64,000 bases of DNA from NCBI GenBank assembly GCA_964016885.1, contig OZ024741.1:262384001-262448000 (forward strand). The letters are read 5' to 3'. Each line of letters starts with the position of its first letter. Within the stretch, counting starts at the first letter, position 1. Of the stretch, positions 12,881 through 27,071 are shown piece by piece. This DNA is from Eledone cirrhosa. Its lineage: Eukaryota. The position numbers and the translations under genes were made by a program. The notes under the pieces are model-generated. The model ran no database searches. It was not told where the DNA came from and was given only the letters and a program-made list of their open reading frames with translations.

Positions 12881-14999
12881 AGTGTTTCGGCTTATGGGTG
12901 TTTCCACTTACGAGTGCTTTTGCCATACGGGTGTTTCGGTTTACGAGTGTTTCGACTTACGAGTGTTCTGACTTACGAGTGTTCCGACTTACGAGTGTTT
13001 CGACTTACGAGTGTTTCGGCTTAAGAGTGTTTCGACATGCGAGTGTTTTGAATTACGGATGTTTCGACTTACTGGTGTTTCGACTCACGAGTGTTTCTAC
13101 TTACGAGTGTTTCGACTTACGAGTGTTCCGACTTACGAGTGATTTGACTTACGAGTGTTCCGACTTACGAGTGTTTCGGCTTACGAGTGTTTCGGCTCAC
13201 GAGTTTTTCGACTTAAGAGTGTTTTGAATTACGAATGTTTTGCCTTACGGGTGTTTCGGTTTACGAGTGTTTTGATTTACGAGTATTCTGACTTACGAGT
13301 GTTCCGACTTACGGGTGTTTCGACTTACGAGTGTTTCGACATACGAGTGTTCCGACCTACGAGGGTTTCGGCTTACGGGTGTTCCGACTTACGAGTATTT
13401 TCGACTTACGAGTGTTTCGACTTACGAGTGTTTTGACTTACGATTGTTTCGGCTTACGAGTGTTTCGACTTACGAGTGTTTTGGCTTACGGGTGTTTTGA
13501 CATACTAGTGTTTCGATACGAGTGTTCTGACTTACGAGTGTTCCGACTTACGAGTGTTTCGGCTTATGAGTGTTTCGGCTTACGAGCGTTTCGACTACGA
13601 GTGTTTCGACTTACGAATGTTTTTGCTTACGAGTGTTTCGACTTACGAATGTTTTTGCTTACGAATGTTTTTGCTTACGAGTGTTCTGACTTACGAGTGT
13701 TTTGACTTACGAGTGTTCCGACTTACGAGTGTTTTGGTTTACGTGTGTTTCGACTTACGAATGTTCCGACCTACGAGGGTTTCGGCTTACGGGTGTTCCG
13801 ACTTACGAGTATTTTCGGCTTATGAGTGTTTCGACTTACGAGTGTTTTGTCTTACGAGTGTTTCGGCTTACGAGTGTTTCGACTTACGAGTGTTTTGACT
13901 TACGGGTGTTTTGACATACGAGTGTTTCGATACGAGTGTTCTGACTTACGAGTGTTCTGACTTACGAGTGTTCTGACTTACGGGTGTTCTGACTTACGAG
14001 TGTTTCGGCTTATGAGTGTTTCCACTTACGAGTGCTTTTGCCATACGGGTGTTTCGGTTTACGAGTGTTTCGACTGACGAGTGTTCTGACTTACGAGTGT
14101 TCCGACTTACGAGTGTTTCGACTTACGAGTGTTTCGGCTTAAGAGTGTTTCGACATGCGAGTGTTTTGAATTACGGATGTTTCGACTTACTGGTGTTTCG
14201 ACTCACGAGTGTTTCTACTTACGAGTGTTTCGACTTACGAGTGTTCCGACTTACGAGTGTTTTGACTTACGAGTGTTCCGACTTACGAGTGTTTCGGCTT
14301 ACGAGTGTTTCGGCTCACGAGTTTTTCGACTTAAGAGTGTTTTGAATTACGAATGTTTTGCCTTACGGGTGTTTCGGTTTACGAGTGTTTTGACTTACGA
14401 GTATTCTGACTTACGAGTGTTCCGACTTACGGGTGTTTCGACTTACGAGTGTTTCGACATACGAGTGTTCCGACCTACGAGGGTTTCGGCTTACGGGTGT
14501 TCCGACTTACGAGTATTTTCGATTTACGAGTGTTTCGACTTACGAGTGTTTTGGCTTACGGGTGTTTTGACATACTAGTGTTTCGATACGAGTGTTCTGA
14601 CTTACGAGTGTTCCGACTTACGAGTGTTTCGGCTTATGAGTGTTTCGGCTTACGAGCGTTTCGACTACGAGTGTTTCGACTTACGAATGTTTTTCCTTAC
14701 GAGTGTTTAGACTTACGAATGTTTTTGCTTACGAATGTTTTTGCTTACGAGTGTTCTGACTTACGAGTGTTTTGACTTACGAGTGTTCCGACTTACGAGT
14801 GTTTTGGTTTACGTGTGTTTCGACTTACGAATGTTTCGACTTACGAGTGTTTCGACTTACGAGTGTTCCAACCTACGAGTGTTTCGGCTACGGATGTTCC
14901 GACTTACGAGTGTTCTGACTTACGAGTGTTCTGACTTGCGAGTGTTTCGGCTTACGAGTGTTTCGACATGCGAGTGTTTTGACTTACGGATGTTTCGAC

Positions 15000-17900
15000 T
15001 TACGGGTGTTTCGACTCACGAGTGTTTCTACTTACGAGTGTTTCGACTTACGAGTGTTCCGACTTACGAGTGTTTTGACTTACGAGTGTTCCGACTTACG
15101 AGTGTTTCGGCTTACGAGTGTTTCGGCTCACGAGTGTTTCGACTTACGAGTGTTTCGACTTACGAGTGTTTCGACTTACGAGTGCATTTGCCATACGGGT
15201 GTTTCGGTTTACGAGTGTTTCGGCTTACGAGTGTTTCGGCTCACGAGTGTTCTTACTTACGAGTGTTCTGACTTACGAGTGTTCTGACTTACGAGTGTTC
15301 TGACTTACGAGTGTTCCGACTTACGAGTGTTTCGGCTCACGAGTGTTTCGGCTTACGAGTGTTTCGACTTACGAAAATAACAAATAGACGCGGTTTCAAA
15401 TCTCTATGCTTTTCAAATTCATTACATTAATCTTTATTTATACGTTTCGCTTTACGAATGTTTCGACTTACGAGTGTTTCGACTTACGAGTGTTTCGGCT
15501 TACGAGTGTTTTGACTTACGAGATTTTTTACTTACGGGTGTTTCGACTTACGCGTGTTTCGGCTTACGAATGTTTTGACTTACGAGTGTTTTGACTTACG
15601 GGTGTTTTGACATACGAGTGTTTCGATACGAGTGTTTCGACTTACGAGTGTTTCGGCTTACGAGTGTTTCGGCTCACGAGTGTTTCGACTTAAGAGTGTT
15701 TCGACTTACGAGTGTTTCGACTTACGAGTGTTTCGACTTACGTGTGCTTTTGCCATACGGGTGTTTCGGTTTACGAGTGTTTCGACTTACGAGTGTTCTG
15801 ACTTACGAGTGTTCCGACTTACGAGTGTTTCGACTTACGAGTGTTTCGACTTACGAGTGTTCCGACCTATGAGTGTTTCGGCTTACGGGTGTTCCGACCT
15901 ACGAGTGTTTCGACTGACGAGTGTTTTGACTTACGATTGTTTCGGCTTACGAGTGTTTCGACTTACGAGTGTTTCGACTTACGAGTGTTCTGACTTACGA
16001 GTGTTCTGACTTACGAGTGTTCCGACTTACGAGTGTTTCGGCTTACGAGTGTTTCGACATGCGAGTGTTTTGACCTACGGATGTTTCGACTTACGGGTGT
16101 TTCAACTCACGAGTGTTTCTACTTGCGAGTGTTTCGACTTACGAGTGTTCCGACTTACGAGTGTTTTGACTTACGAGTGTTCCGACTTACGAGTGTTTCG
16201 GCTTACGAGTGTTTCGGCTCACGAGTTTTTCGACTTACGAGTGTTTTGAATTACGAATGTTTTGCCTTACGGGTGTTTCGGTTTACGAGTGTTTTGACTT
16301 ACGAGTATTCTGACTTACGAGTGTTCCGACTTACGGGTGTTTCGACTTACGAGTGTTTCGACTTACGAGTGTTCCGACCTACGAGGGTTTCGGCTTACGG
16401 GTGTTCCGACTTACGAGTATTTTCGGCTTACGAGTGTTTCGACTTACGAGTGTTTTGTCTTACGATTGTTTCGGCTTACGAGTGTTTCGACTTACGAGTG
16501 TTTTAACTTACGTTGTTTCGGTTTACGCGTGTTTCGACTTACGAGTGTTTTGACTTACGGGTGTTTTGACATACGAGTGTTTCGATACGAGTGTTCTGAC
16601 TTACGAGTGTTCTGACTTACGAGTGTTCTGACTTACGGGTGTTCTGACTTACGAGTGTTCCGACTTACGAGTGTTTCGGCTTATGAGTGTTTCGGCTTAC
16701 GAGCGTTTCGCCTACGAGTCTTTCGACTTACGAATGTTTTTGCTTACGAGTGTTTCGACTTACGAATGTTTTTGCTTACGAGTGTTCTGACTTACGAGTG
16801 TTTTGACTTACGAGTGTTCCGACTTACGAGTGTTTTGGTTTACGTGTGTTTCGACTTACGAATGTTTCGGCTTACGAGTGTTTCGACTTACGAGTGTTCC
16901 GACCTACGAGTGTTTCGGCTACGGATGTTCCGACTTACGAGTATTTTCGGCTTACGAGTGTTTTGACTTACGATTGTTTTGACTTACGATTGTTTCGGCT
17001 TACGAGTGTTTCGACTTACGTGTGTTTCGATTTACGAGTGTTTTGACTTAAGAATATTTTGATTTTCGGGTGTTTAGGCTTACGAGTGTTTCGACTTACG
17101 AGTGTTTCGGCTTACGAGTGTTTCGGCTTATGAGTGTTTTGACTTAAGGGTGTTTCGACGAGTTTTTCGATACGAGTGTTTCGACTTACGGGTGTTCTGA
17201 CTTACGAGTGTTCTGATTTACGGATGTTTCGAATTATGAGTGTTTCGATACGAGTGTTTCGACTTACGAGTGTTTCGACTACGAGTGTTTTGACTTACGA
17301 GTGTTCTGACTTACGAGTGTTCTGACTTACGGGTGTTCTGACTTACGAGTGTTCCGACTTACGAGTGTTTCGGCTTATGAGTGTTTCGGCTTACGAGCGT
17401 TTCGACTAGGAGTGTTTCGACTTACGAATGTTTTTGCTAACGAGTGTTTCGACTTACGAGTGTTTCGACTTACAAGTGTTTCGACTTACGAGTGTTTTGA
17501 CTTACGGTGTTTCGGCTAACGAGTGTTTCAACATACGAGTGTTTTGACTTACCGGTGTTTCGACTTACGGGTGTTTCGACTTACGAGAGTTTCAACTTAC
17601 GAGTGTTCTGACTTACGAGTGTTCTGACTTACGAGTGTTTTGACTTACGAGTGTTCCGACTTACGAGTGTTTCGGCTTACGAGTGTTTCGGCTAGCGAGT
17701 GTTCCGACTTACGAGTGTTCCGACTTACGAGTGTTTCGGCTACGGATGTTCCGACTTACGAGTATTTTCGGCTTACGAGTGTTTTGACTTACGATTGTTT
17801 TGACTTACGGGTATTTCGGCTTACGAGTGTTTCGACTTACGAGTGTTTCGACTTACGAATGTTTCGGCTTACGAGTGTTTCGACTTACGAGTGTTTTGAC

Positions 17901-19130
17901 TTACGGGTGTTTCGACTTACGAGTGTTTTGGTTTACGTGTGTTTCGACTTACGAATGTTTCGGTTTACGAGTGTTTCGACTTACGAGTGTTTAAACTTAC
18001 GAGTGTTTTGACTTACGGGTGTTTCGACTTACGAGTGTTTTGGTTTACGTGTGTTTCGACTTACGAATGTTTCGACTTACGAGTGTTTTGACTTACGATT
18101 GTTTCGGCTTACGAGTGTTTCGACTTACGAGTGTTTCGGCTTACGAGTGTTTCGGCTTACGAGTGTTTTGACTTAAGGGTGTTTCGACGAGTGTTTCGAT
18201 ACGAGTGTTTCGACTTACGGGTGTTCTGACTTACGAGTGTTCTGATTTACGGATGTTTCGACTTATGAGTGTTTCGACTACGAGTGTTTCGACTACGAGT
18301 GTTTCGACTTACGAGTGTTCTGACTTACGAGTGTTCTGACTTACGGGTGTTCTGACTTACGAGTGTTCCGACTTACGAGTGTTTCGGCTTATGAGTGTTT
18401 CGGCTTACGAGCGTTTCGACTACGAGTGTTTCGACTTACGAATGTTTTTGCTTACGAGTGTTTCGACTTACGAATGTTTTTGCTTACGAGTGTTTCAGCT
18501 TACGAGTGTTTCGACTTACAAGTGTTTCGACTTACGAGTGTTTTGACTTACGGGTATTTCGGCTTACGAGTGTTTCTACTTACGAGTGTTTCGACTTACG
18601 AGTGTTCCGACTTACGAGTGTTTTGACTTACGAGTGTTCCGACTTACGAGTGTTTCGGCTTACGAGTGTTTCGGCTCACGAGTGTTTCGACTTACGAGTG
18701 TTTTGAATTACGAATGTTTTGCCTTACGGGTGTTTCGGTTTACGGGTGTTTTGACTTACGAGTGTTCTGACTTACGAGTGTTCCGGCTTACGAGTGTTTC
18801 GGCTTACGAGTGTTTTGGTTTACGTGTGTTTCGACTTACGAATGTTTCGGCTTACGAGTGTTTCGACTTACGAGTGTTCCGACCTACGAGTGTTTCGGCT
18901 ACGGATGTTCCGACTTACGGGTGTTTCGGCTTATGAGTGTTTCGAATTACGAGTGTTTTGACTTACGGGTGTTTCGACTTACGAGTGTTTTGGTTTACGT
19001 GTGTTTCGACTTACGAATGTTTCGGCTTACGAGTGTTTCGACTTACGAGTGTTTAAACTTACGAGTGTTTTGACTTACGGGTGTTTCGACTTACGAGTGT
19101 TTTGGTTTACGTGTGTTTCGACTTACGAAT
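15000..19130 (+). repeat. Higher-order copy of positions ~4280-8570
   Basis: Matching translations at offsets 10718 (4400/15118, 5619/16337), 10702 (5953/16655) and 10558 (7242/17800, 8252/18810). Confidence 0.88.
15375..15443. repeat. 69-bp AT-rich island, copy 3
   Basis: Identical to copy 1 by eye, with the same flanks. Confidence 0.95.
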
Positions 19131-19805
19131 GTTTCGACTTACGAGTGTTTTGACTTACGATTGTTTCGGCTTACGAGTGTTTCGACTTACGAGTGTTTCG
19201 GCTTACGAGTGTTTCGGCTTACGAGTGTTTTGACTTAAGGGTGTTTCGACGAGTGTTTCGATACGAGTGTTTTGACTTACGATTGTTTCGGCTTACGAGT
19301 GTTTCGACTTACGAGTGTTTTGACTTACGATTGTTTCGACTTACGAGTGTTTTGACTTACAAGTGTTTCGGCTTATGAGTGTTTCGACTTACGAGTGTTT
19401 TGACTTACGGGTGGTTCGACTACGAGTGTTTCGACTTACGAGTGTTCTGACTTACGAGTGTTCTGACTTACGAGTGTTCCGACTTACGAGTGTTTCGGCT
19501 TACGAGTGTTTCGGCTTACGTGTGTTTCTTCTTACGAGTGTTTCGACTTACGAGTGTTCCGACTTACGAGTGTTTCGACCTACGAGTGTTTTGACTTACG
19601 GTGTTTCGGCTTACGAATGTTTTGACTTACGAGTGTTTTGACTTACGGGTGTTTTGACATACGAGTGTTTCGATACGAGTGTTCTGACTTATGAGTGTTC
19701 TGACTTACGAGTGTTCTGACTTACGAGTGTTCTGACTTACGAGTGTTCCGACTTACGAGTGTTTCGGCTCACGAGTGTTTCGGCTTACGAGTGTTTCGAC
19801 TACGA

Positions 19806-19874
19806 AAATAACAAATAGACGCGGTTTCAAATCTCTATGCTTTTCAAGTTCATTACATTAATCTTTATTTATAC
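19806..19874. repeat. 69-bp AT-rich island, copy 4 (CTTTTCAAGTTC type)
   Basis: One A>G change versus copy 1; preceded by the shortened GACTACGA monomer. Confidence 0.95.
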
Positions 19875-22800
19875 GTTTCGCTTTACGAATGTTTCGACTT
19901 ACGAGTGTTTCGACTTACGAGTGTTTCGGCTTACGAGTGTTTCGGCTCACGAGTGTTTCGACTTAAGAGTGTTTCGACTAAACGAGTGTTTCGACTTACG
20001 AGTGCTTTTGCCATACGGGTGTTTCGGTTTACGAGTGTTTCGACTTACGAGTGTTCTGACTTACGAGTGTTCCGACTTACGAGTGTTTCGACTTACGAGT
20101 GTTTCGACTTACGAGTGTTCCGACCTACGAGTGTTTCGGCTTACGGGTGTTCCGACCTACGAGTGTTTCGACTGACGAGTGTTTTGACTTACGACTGTTT
20201 CGGCTTACGAGTGTTTCGACTTACGAGTGTTTCGACTTACGAGTGTTCTGACTTACGAGTGTTCTGACTTACGAGTGTTCCGACTTACGAGTGTTTCGGC
20301 TTACGAGTGTTTCGACATGCGAGTGTTTTGACTTACGGATGTATCGACTTACGGGTGTTTCGACTCACGAGTGTTTCTACTTACGAGTGTTTCGACTTAC
20401 GAGTGTTTTGACTTACGAGTGTTCCGACTTACGAGTGTTTCGGCTTACGAGTGTTTCGGCTCACGAGTTTTTCGACTTACGAGTGTTTTGAATTACGAAT
20501 GTTTTGCCTTACGGGTGTTTCGGTTTACGAGTGTTTTGACTTACGAGTATTCTGACTTACGAGTGTTCCGACTTACGGGTGTTTCGACTTACGAGTGTTT
20601 CGACTTACGAGTGTTCCGACCTACGAGGGTTTCGGCTTACGGGTGTTCCGACTTACGAGTATTTTCGGCTTACGAGTGTTTCGACTTACGAGTGTTTTGT
20701 CTTACGATTGTTTCGGCTTACGAGTGTTTCGACTTACGAGTGTTTTGACTTACGGGTGTTTTGACATACGAGTGTTTCGATACGAGTGTTCTGACTTACG
20801 AGTGTTCTGACTTACGAGTGTTCTGACTTACGGGTGTTCTGACTTACGAGTGTTCCGACTTACGAGTGTTTCGGCTTATGAGTGTTTCGACTTACGAGCG
20901 TTTCGACTACGAGTGTTTCGACTTACGAATGTTTTTGCTTACGAGTGTTTCGACTTACGAATGTTTTTGCTTACGAATGTTTTTGCTTACGAGTGTTCTG
21001 ACTTACGAGTGTTTTGACTTACGAGTGTTCCGACTTACGAGTGTTTTGGTTTACGTGTGTTTCGACTTACGAATGTTTCGGCTTACGAGTGTTTCGACTT
21101 ACGAGTGTTCCGACCTACGAGTGTTTCGGCTACGGATGTTCCGACTTACGAGTATTTTCGGCTTACGAGTGTTTTGACTTACGATTGTTTTGACTTACGA
21201 TTGTTTCGGCTTACGAGTGTTTCGACATACGAGTGTTTCGATTTACGAGTGTTTTGACTTAAGAATATTTTGACTTACGGGTGTTTCGGCTTACGAGTGT
21301 TTCGACTTACGAGTGTTTTGACTTACGGGTGTTTCGACTTACGAGTGTTTTGGTTTACGTGTGTCTCGACTTACGAATGTTTCGGCTTACGAGTGTTTCG
21401 ACTTACTAGTGTTTCGACTTACGGTTGTTCTGACTTACTGGTATTCCGACTTACGAGTGATTTGGCATACGAGTGTTTCGACTTACGAGTGTTTTCGGCT
21501 TACGAGTGTTTCGACTTACGAGTGTTTTGACTTACGATTGTTTCGGCTTACGAGTGTTTCGACTTACGAGTGTTTCGGCTTACGAGTGTTTCGGCTTATG
21601 AGTGTTTTGACTTAAAGGTGTTTCGACGAGTGTTTCTATATGAGTGTTTCGACTTACGGGTGTTCTGACTTACGAGTGTTCTGATTTACGGATGTTTCGA
21701 ATTATGAGTGTTTCGACTACGAGTGTTTCGACTTACGAGTGTTTCGACTACGAGTGTTTTGACTTACGAGTGTTCTGACTTACGAGTGTTCTGACTTACG
21801 GGTGTTCTGACTTACGAGTGTTCCGACTTACGAGTGTTTCGGCTTATGAGTGTTTCGGCTTACGAGCGTTTCGACTAGGAGTGTTTCGACTTACGAATGT
21901 TTTTGCTAACGAGTGTTTCGACTTACAAGTGTTTCGACTTACGAGAGTTTCGACATACGAGTGTTTTGACTTACCGGTGTTTCGACTTACGAGTGTTTCG
22001 ACTTACGAATGTTTTTGCTTACGAATGTTTTTGCTTACGAGTGTTCTGACTTACGAGTGTTTTGACTTACGAGTGTTCCGACTTACGAGTGTTTTGGTTT
22101 ACGTGTGTTTCGACTTACGAATGTTTCGGCTTACGAGTGTTTCGACTTACGAGTGTTCCGACCTACGAGTGTTTCGGCTACGGATGTTCCGACTTACGAG
22201 TATTTTCGGCTTACGAGTGTTTCGACTTACGAGTGTTTTGACTTACGGGTGTTTCGACTTACGAGTGTTTTGGTTTACGTGTGTTTCGACTTACGAATGT
22301 TTCGGCTTACGAGTGTTTCGATTTACGAGTGTTTCGACTTACGGTTGTTCTGACTTACGGGTATTCCGACTTACGAGTGATTTGGCATACGAGTGTTTCG
22401 ACTTACGAGTGTTTTCGGCTTACGAGTGTTTCGACTTACGAGTGTTTTGACTTACGATTGTTTCGGCTTACGAGTGTTTCGACTTACGAGTGTTTCGGCA
22501 AACGAGTGTTTCGTCTTATGAGTGTTTTGACTTAAGGGTGTTTCGACGAGTGTTTCCTTACGAGTGTTTCGACTTACGGGTGTTTTGACATACGAGTGTT
22601 TCGACTAACTAATGTTTTTACTTACGAGTGTTTCGGCGTACGAATGTTTTGACTTACGGGTGTTTCGGCTTACCAGTGTTTCGACTTACGAGTCTTTCGG
22701 CTTACGAGTGTTTCGACTTACTAATGTTTTTACTTACGAGTGTTTCGGCGTACGAGTGTTTCGACTTACGAGTGTTTCGACTTACGGGTGTTTTGACTTA

Positions 22801-23778
22801 CAGGTGTTTCGGCTTACGAGTGTTTCGACTTACGAGTGTTTTGACTTAAGGGTGTTTCGACTTACGAGTATTTTTGGCTTACGAGTGTTTCGACTTACGA
22901 GTGTTTTGACTTACGAGTGATCTGATTTACAGATGTTTCGACATACGAGTGTTTCGACTTACGAGTGTTTCGACTTATGAGTATTTCGACTTACGAGTGT
23001 TTCGACTTACGAGTGTTTCGACTTACGAGTGTTCCGACTTACGAGTGTTTCGGCTTACGAGTGTTTCCGGCTTACGAGTGTTTCGACTTACGAGTGTTTT
23101 GACTTACGGTGTTTCGGCTTACGAGTGATTCGACTTACGAATGTTTTGACTTACGGGTGTTTCGGCTTGCGAGTGTTTCGACTTACGAGTGTTTCGGCTT
23201 GCGAGTGTTTCGACTTACTAATGTTTTTACTTACGAGTGTTTCGGCGTACGAGTGTTTCGACTTACGAGTGTTTCGACTTACGGGTGCTTTGACTTACGG
23301 GTGTTTCGGCTTACGAGTGTTTCGACTTACGAGTGTTTTGACTTAAGGGTGTTGCGACTTACGAGTGTTTCGACTTACGTGTGTTTCGACTTACGAGTGT
23401 TTCGGCTTACGAATGTTTTGACTTAAGGGTGTTTCGACTTACGAGTGTTTCGATACGAGTGTTCTGACTTACGAGTGTTCTGACTTACGAGTGTTTTGAC
23501 TTAAGAGTGTTCTGACTTACGAGTGTTCCGACTTACGTGTGTTCCGACTTACGAGTGTTCTGACTTACGAGCGTTCTGATTTACGAGTGTTCCGACTTAC
23601 GAGTGTTTCGGCTTACGAGTGTTTCGGCTTACGAGTGTTTCGACATACGAGTGTTTCGACTTACGAGTGTTCCGACTAACGAGTGTTCCGACTTACGAGT
23701 GTTTCGGCTTACGAGTGTTTCGGCTTACGAGTGTTTCGACTTACGAGTGTTTCGGCTTACGAGTGTTTCGACTTACGA

Positions 23779-23847
23779 AAATAACAAATAGACCCGGTTT
23801 CAAATCTCTATGCTTTTCAAATTCATTACATTAATCTTTATTTATAC
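23779..23847. repeat. 69-bp AT-rich island, copy 5 (GACCCGG variant)
   Basis: GACGCGG>GACCCGG; otherwise as copy 1. Confidence 0.95.
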
Positions 23848-26800
23848 GTTTCGCTTTACGTGTGTTTCGGCTTACGAGTGTTTCGACTTACGAGTGTTTT
23901 TACTTACGGTGTTTCGGCTTACTAGTGTTTCGACATACGAGTGTTTTGACTTACGGGTGTTTCGACTTACGAGTGTTTTTACTTACGAATGTTTTGACTT
24001 ACGGGTGTTTCGGCTTACCAGTGTTTCGACTTACGAGTGTTTCGGCTTACGAGTGTTTCGACTTACTAAGGTTTTACTTACGAGTGTTTCGGCGTACGAG
24101 AGTTTTGACTTACGAGTGTTTCGACTTACGAGTGTTTCGACTTACGAGTGTTTTGACTTACGAATGTTTTGACTTACGGGTGTTTCGGCTTACGGGTGTT
24201 TTGACTTACGGGTGTTTCGGCTTACGAGTGTTTCGACTTACGAGTGTTTTGACTTACGAGTGTTCTGATTTACGGATGTTTCGACATACGAGTGTTTAGA
24301 CTTACGAGTGTTTCGACTTACGAGTGTTTCGGCTTACGAGTGTTTCGACTTACGAGTGTTTTGACTTACGGTGTTTCGGCTTACGAGTGTTTCGACTTAC
24401 GAGTGTTTTAACTTACGGGTGTTTTGACATACGAGTGTTTCGACTAACTAATGTTTTTACTTACGAGTGTTTCGGCGTACGAGAGTTTGGACTTACGAGT
24501 GTTTCGACTTACGAGTGTTTCGACTTACGAGCGTTTTGACTTACGAATGTTTTGACTTACGGGTGTTTCGGCTTACCAGTGTTTCGACTTACGAGTCTTT
24601 CGGCTTACGAGTGTTTCGACTTACTAATGTTTTTACTTACGAGTGTTTCGGCGTACGAGTGTTTCGACTTACGAGTGTTTCGACTTACGTGTGTTTTGAC
24701 TTACGGGTGTTTCGGCTTAGGAGTGTTTCGACTTACGAGTGTTTTGACTTAAGGGTGTTTCGACTTACGAGTATTTTTGGCTTACGGGTGTTTCGACTTA
24801 CGAGTGTTTTGACTTACGAGTGATCTGATTTACGGATGTTTCGACATACGAGTGTTTCGACTTACGAGTGTTTCGACTTATGAGTATTTCGACTTACGAG
24901 TGTTTCGACTTACGAGTGTTTAGACTTACGAGTGTTCCGACTTACGAGTGTTTCGGCTTACGAGTGTTTCCGGCTTACGAGTGTTTCGACTTACGAGTGT
25001 TTTGACATACGGTGTTTCGGCTTACGAGTGATTCGACTTACGAGTGTTTTGACTTACGGGTGTTTTGACTTACGGGTGTTGTGAATTACGAGTGTTCCGA
25101 TTTACGAGTGTTTTGACTTACGGTGTTTCGGCTTACGAGTGATTCGACTTACGAATGTTTTGACCTACGGGTGTTTCGGCTTGCGAGTGTTTCGACTTAC
25201 GAGTGTTTCGGCTTGCGAGTGTTTCGACTTACTAATGTTTTTACTTACGAGTGTTTCGGCGTACGAGTGTTTCGACTTACGAGTGTTTCGACTTACGTGT
25301 GCTTTGACTTACGGGTGTTTCGGCTTACGAGTGTTTCGACTTACGAGTGTTTTGACTTAAGGGTGTTTCGACTTACGAGTGTTTCGACTTACGAGTGTTT
25401 CGACTTACGAGTGTTTCGGCTTACGAGTGTTTTGACTTAAGGATGTTTCGACTTACGAGTGTTTCCATACGAGTGTTCTGACTTACGAGTGTTCTGACTT
25501 ACGAGTGTTTTGACTTACGATCTGACTTACGAGTGTTCCGACTTACGAGTGTTCGGACTTCCGAGTGTTTCGGCTTAGGAGTGTTTCCGGCTTACGAGTG
25601 TTTCGACTTACGAGTGTTTTGACTTACCGTGTTTCGGCTTACGAGTGATTCGACTTACGAGAGTTTTGACTTACGGGTGTTGTGAATTACGATTGTTGCG
25701 ATTTACGAGTGTTTTGACTTACGGTGTTTCGGCTTACGAGTGATTCGACTTACGAATGTTTTGACTTACGGGTGTTTCGGCTTGCGAGTGTTTCGACTTA
25801 CGAGTGTTTCGGCTTATGAGTGTTTCGACTTACGAGTGTTTTGACTTAAGGGTGTTTCGACTTACGAGTGTTTCGACTTACGAGTGTTTCGACTTACGAG
25901 TGTTTTGACTTAAGGGTGTTTCGACTTACGAGTATTTTTGGCTTACGAGTGTTTCGACTTACGAGTGTTTTGACTTACGAGTGATCTGATTTACGGATGT
26001 TTCGACATACGAGTGTTTCGACTTACGAGTGTTTCGACTTATGAGTATTTCGACTTACGAGTTTTTCGACTTACGAGTGTTTCGACTTACGAGTGTTCCG
26101 ACTTTCGAGTGTTTCGGCTTACGAGTGTTTCTTGCTTACGAGTGTTTCGACTTACGAGTGTTTTGACTTACGGTGTTTCGGCTTACGAGTGATTCGACTT
26201 ACGAGTGTTTCGGCTTACGAGTGTTTCCGGCTTACGAGTGTTTCGACTTACGAGTGTTTTGACTTACGGTGTTTCGGCTTACGAGTGATTCGACTTACGA
26301 ATGTTTTGACTTACGGGTGTTTCGGCTTGCGAGTGTTTCGACTTACGAGTGTTTCGGCTTATGAGTGTTTCGACTTACTAATGTTTCTACTTACGAGTGT
26401 TTCGGCGTACGAGTGTTTTGACTTACGAGTGTTTCGACTTACGAGTGTTTTGACTTACGAATGTTTTGACTTACGGGTGTTTCGGCTTACGAGTGTTTCG
26501 ACTTACGAGTGTTTCGGCTTGCGAGTGTTTCGACTTACTAATGTTTTTACTTACGAGTGTTTCGGCGTACGAGTGTTTCGACTTACGAGTGTTTCGACTT
26601 ACGGGTGCTTTGACTTACGGGTGTTTCGGCTTACGAGTGTTTCGACTTACGAGTGTTTCGACTTACGAGTGTTTCGGCTTACGAGTGTTTTGACTTAAGG
26701 ATGTTTCGACTTACGAGTGTTTCGATACGAGTGTTTCGACTTACGAATGTTCTGACTTACGAGTGCTCTGACTTACGAGTGTTCTGACTTACGAGTGTTC

Positions 26801-27002
26801 TCACTTACGAGCGTTCTGATTTACGAGTGTTTCGGCTTACGAGTGTTTCGGCTTACGAGTGTTTCGACATACGAGTGTTTCGACTTACGAGTGTTCCGAC
26901 TAACGAGTGTTCCGACTTACGAGTGTTTCGGCTTACGAGTGTTTCGGCTTACGAGTGTTTCGACTTACGAGTGTTTCGGCTTACGAGTGTTTCGACTTAC
27001 GA

Positions 27003-27071
27003 AAATAACAAATAGACGCGGTTTCAAATCTCTATGCTTTTCAAATTCATTACATTAATCTTTATTTATAC
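27003..27071. repeat. 69-bp AT-rich island, copy 6
   Basis: Copy-1 sequence, followed by a GGCGTACG variant monomer. Confidence 0.95.
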
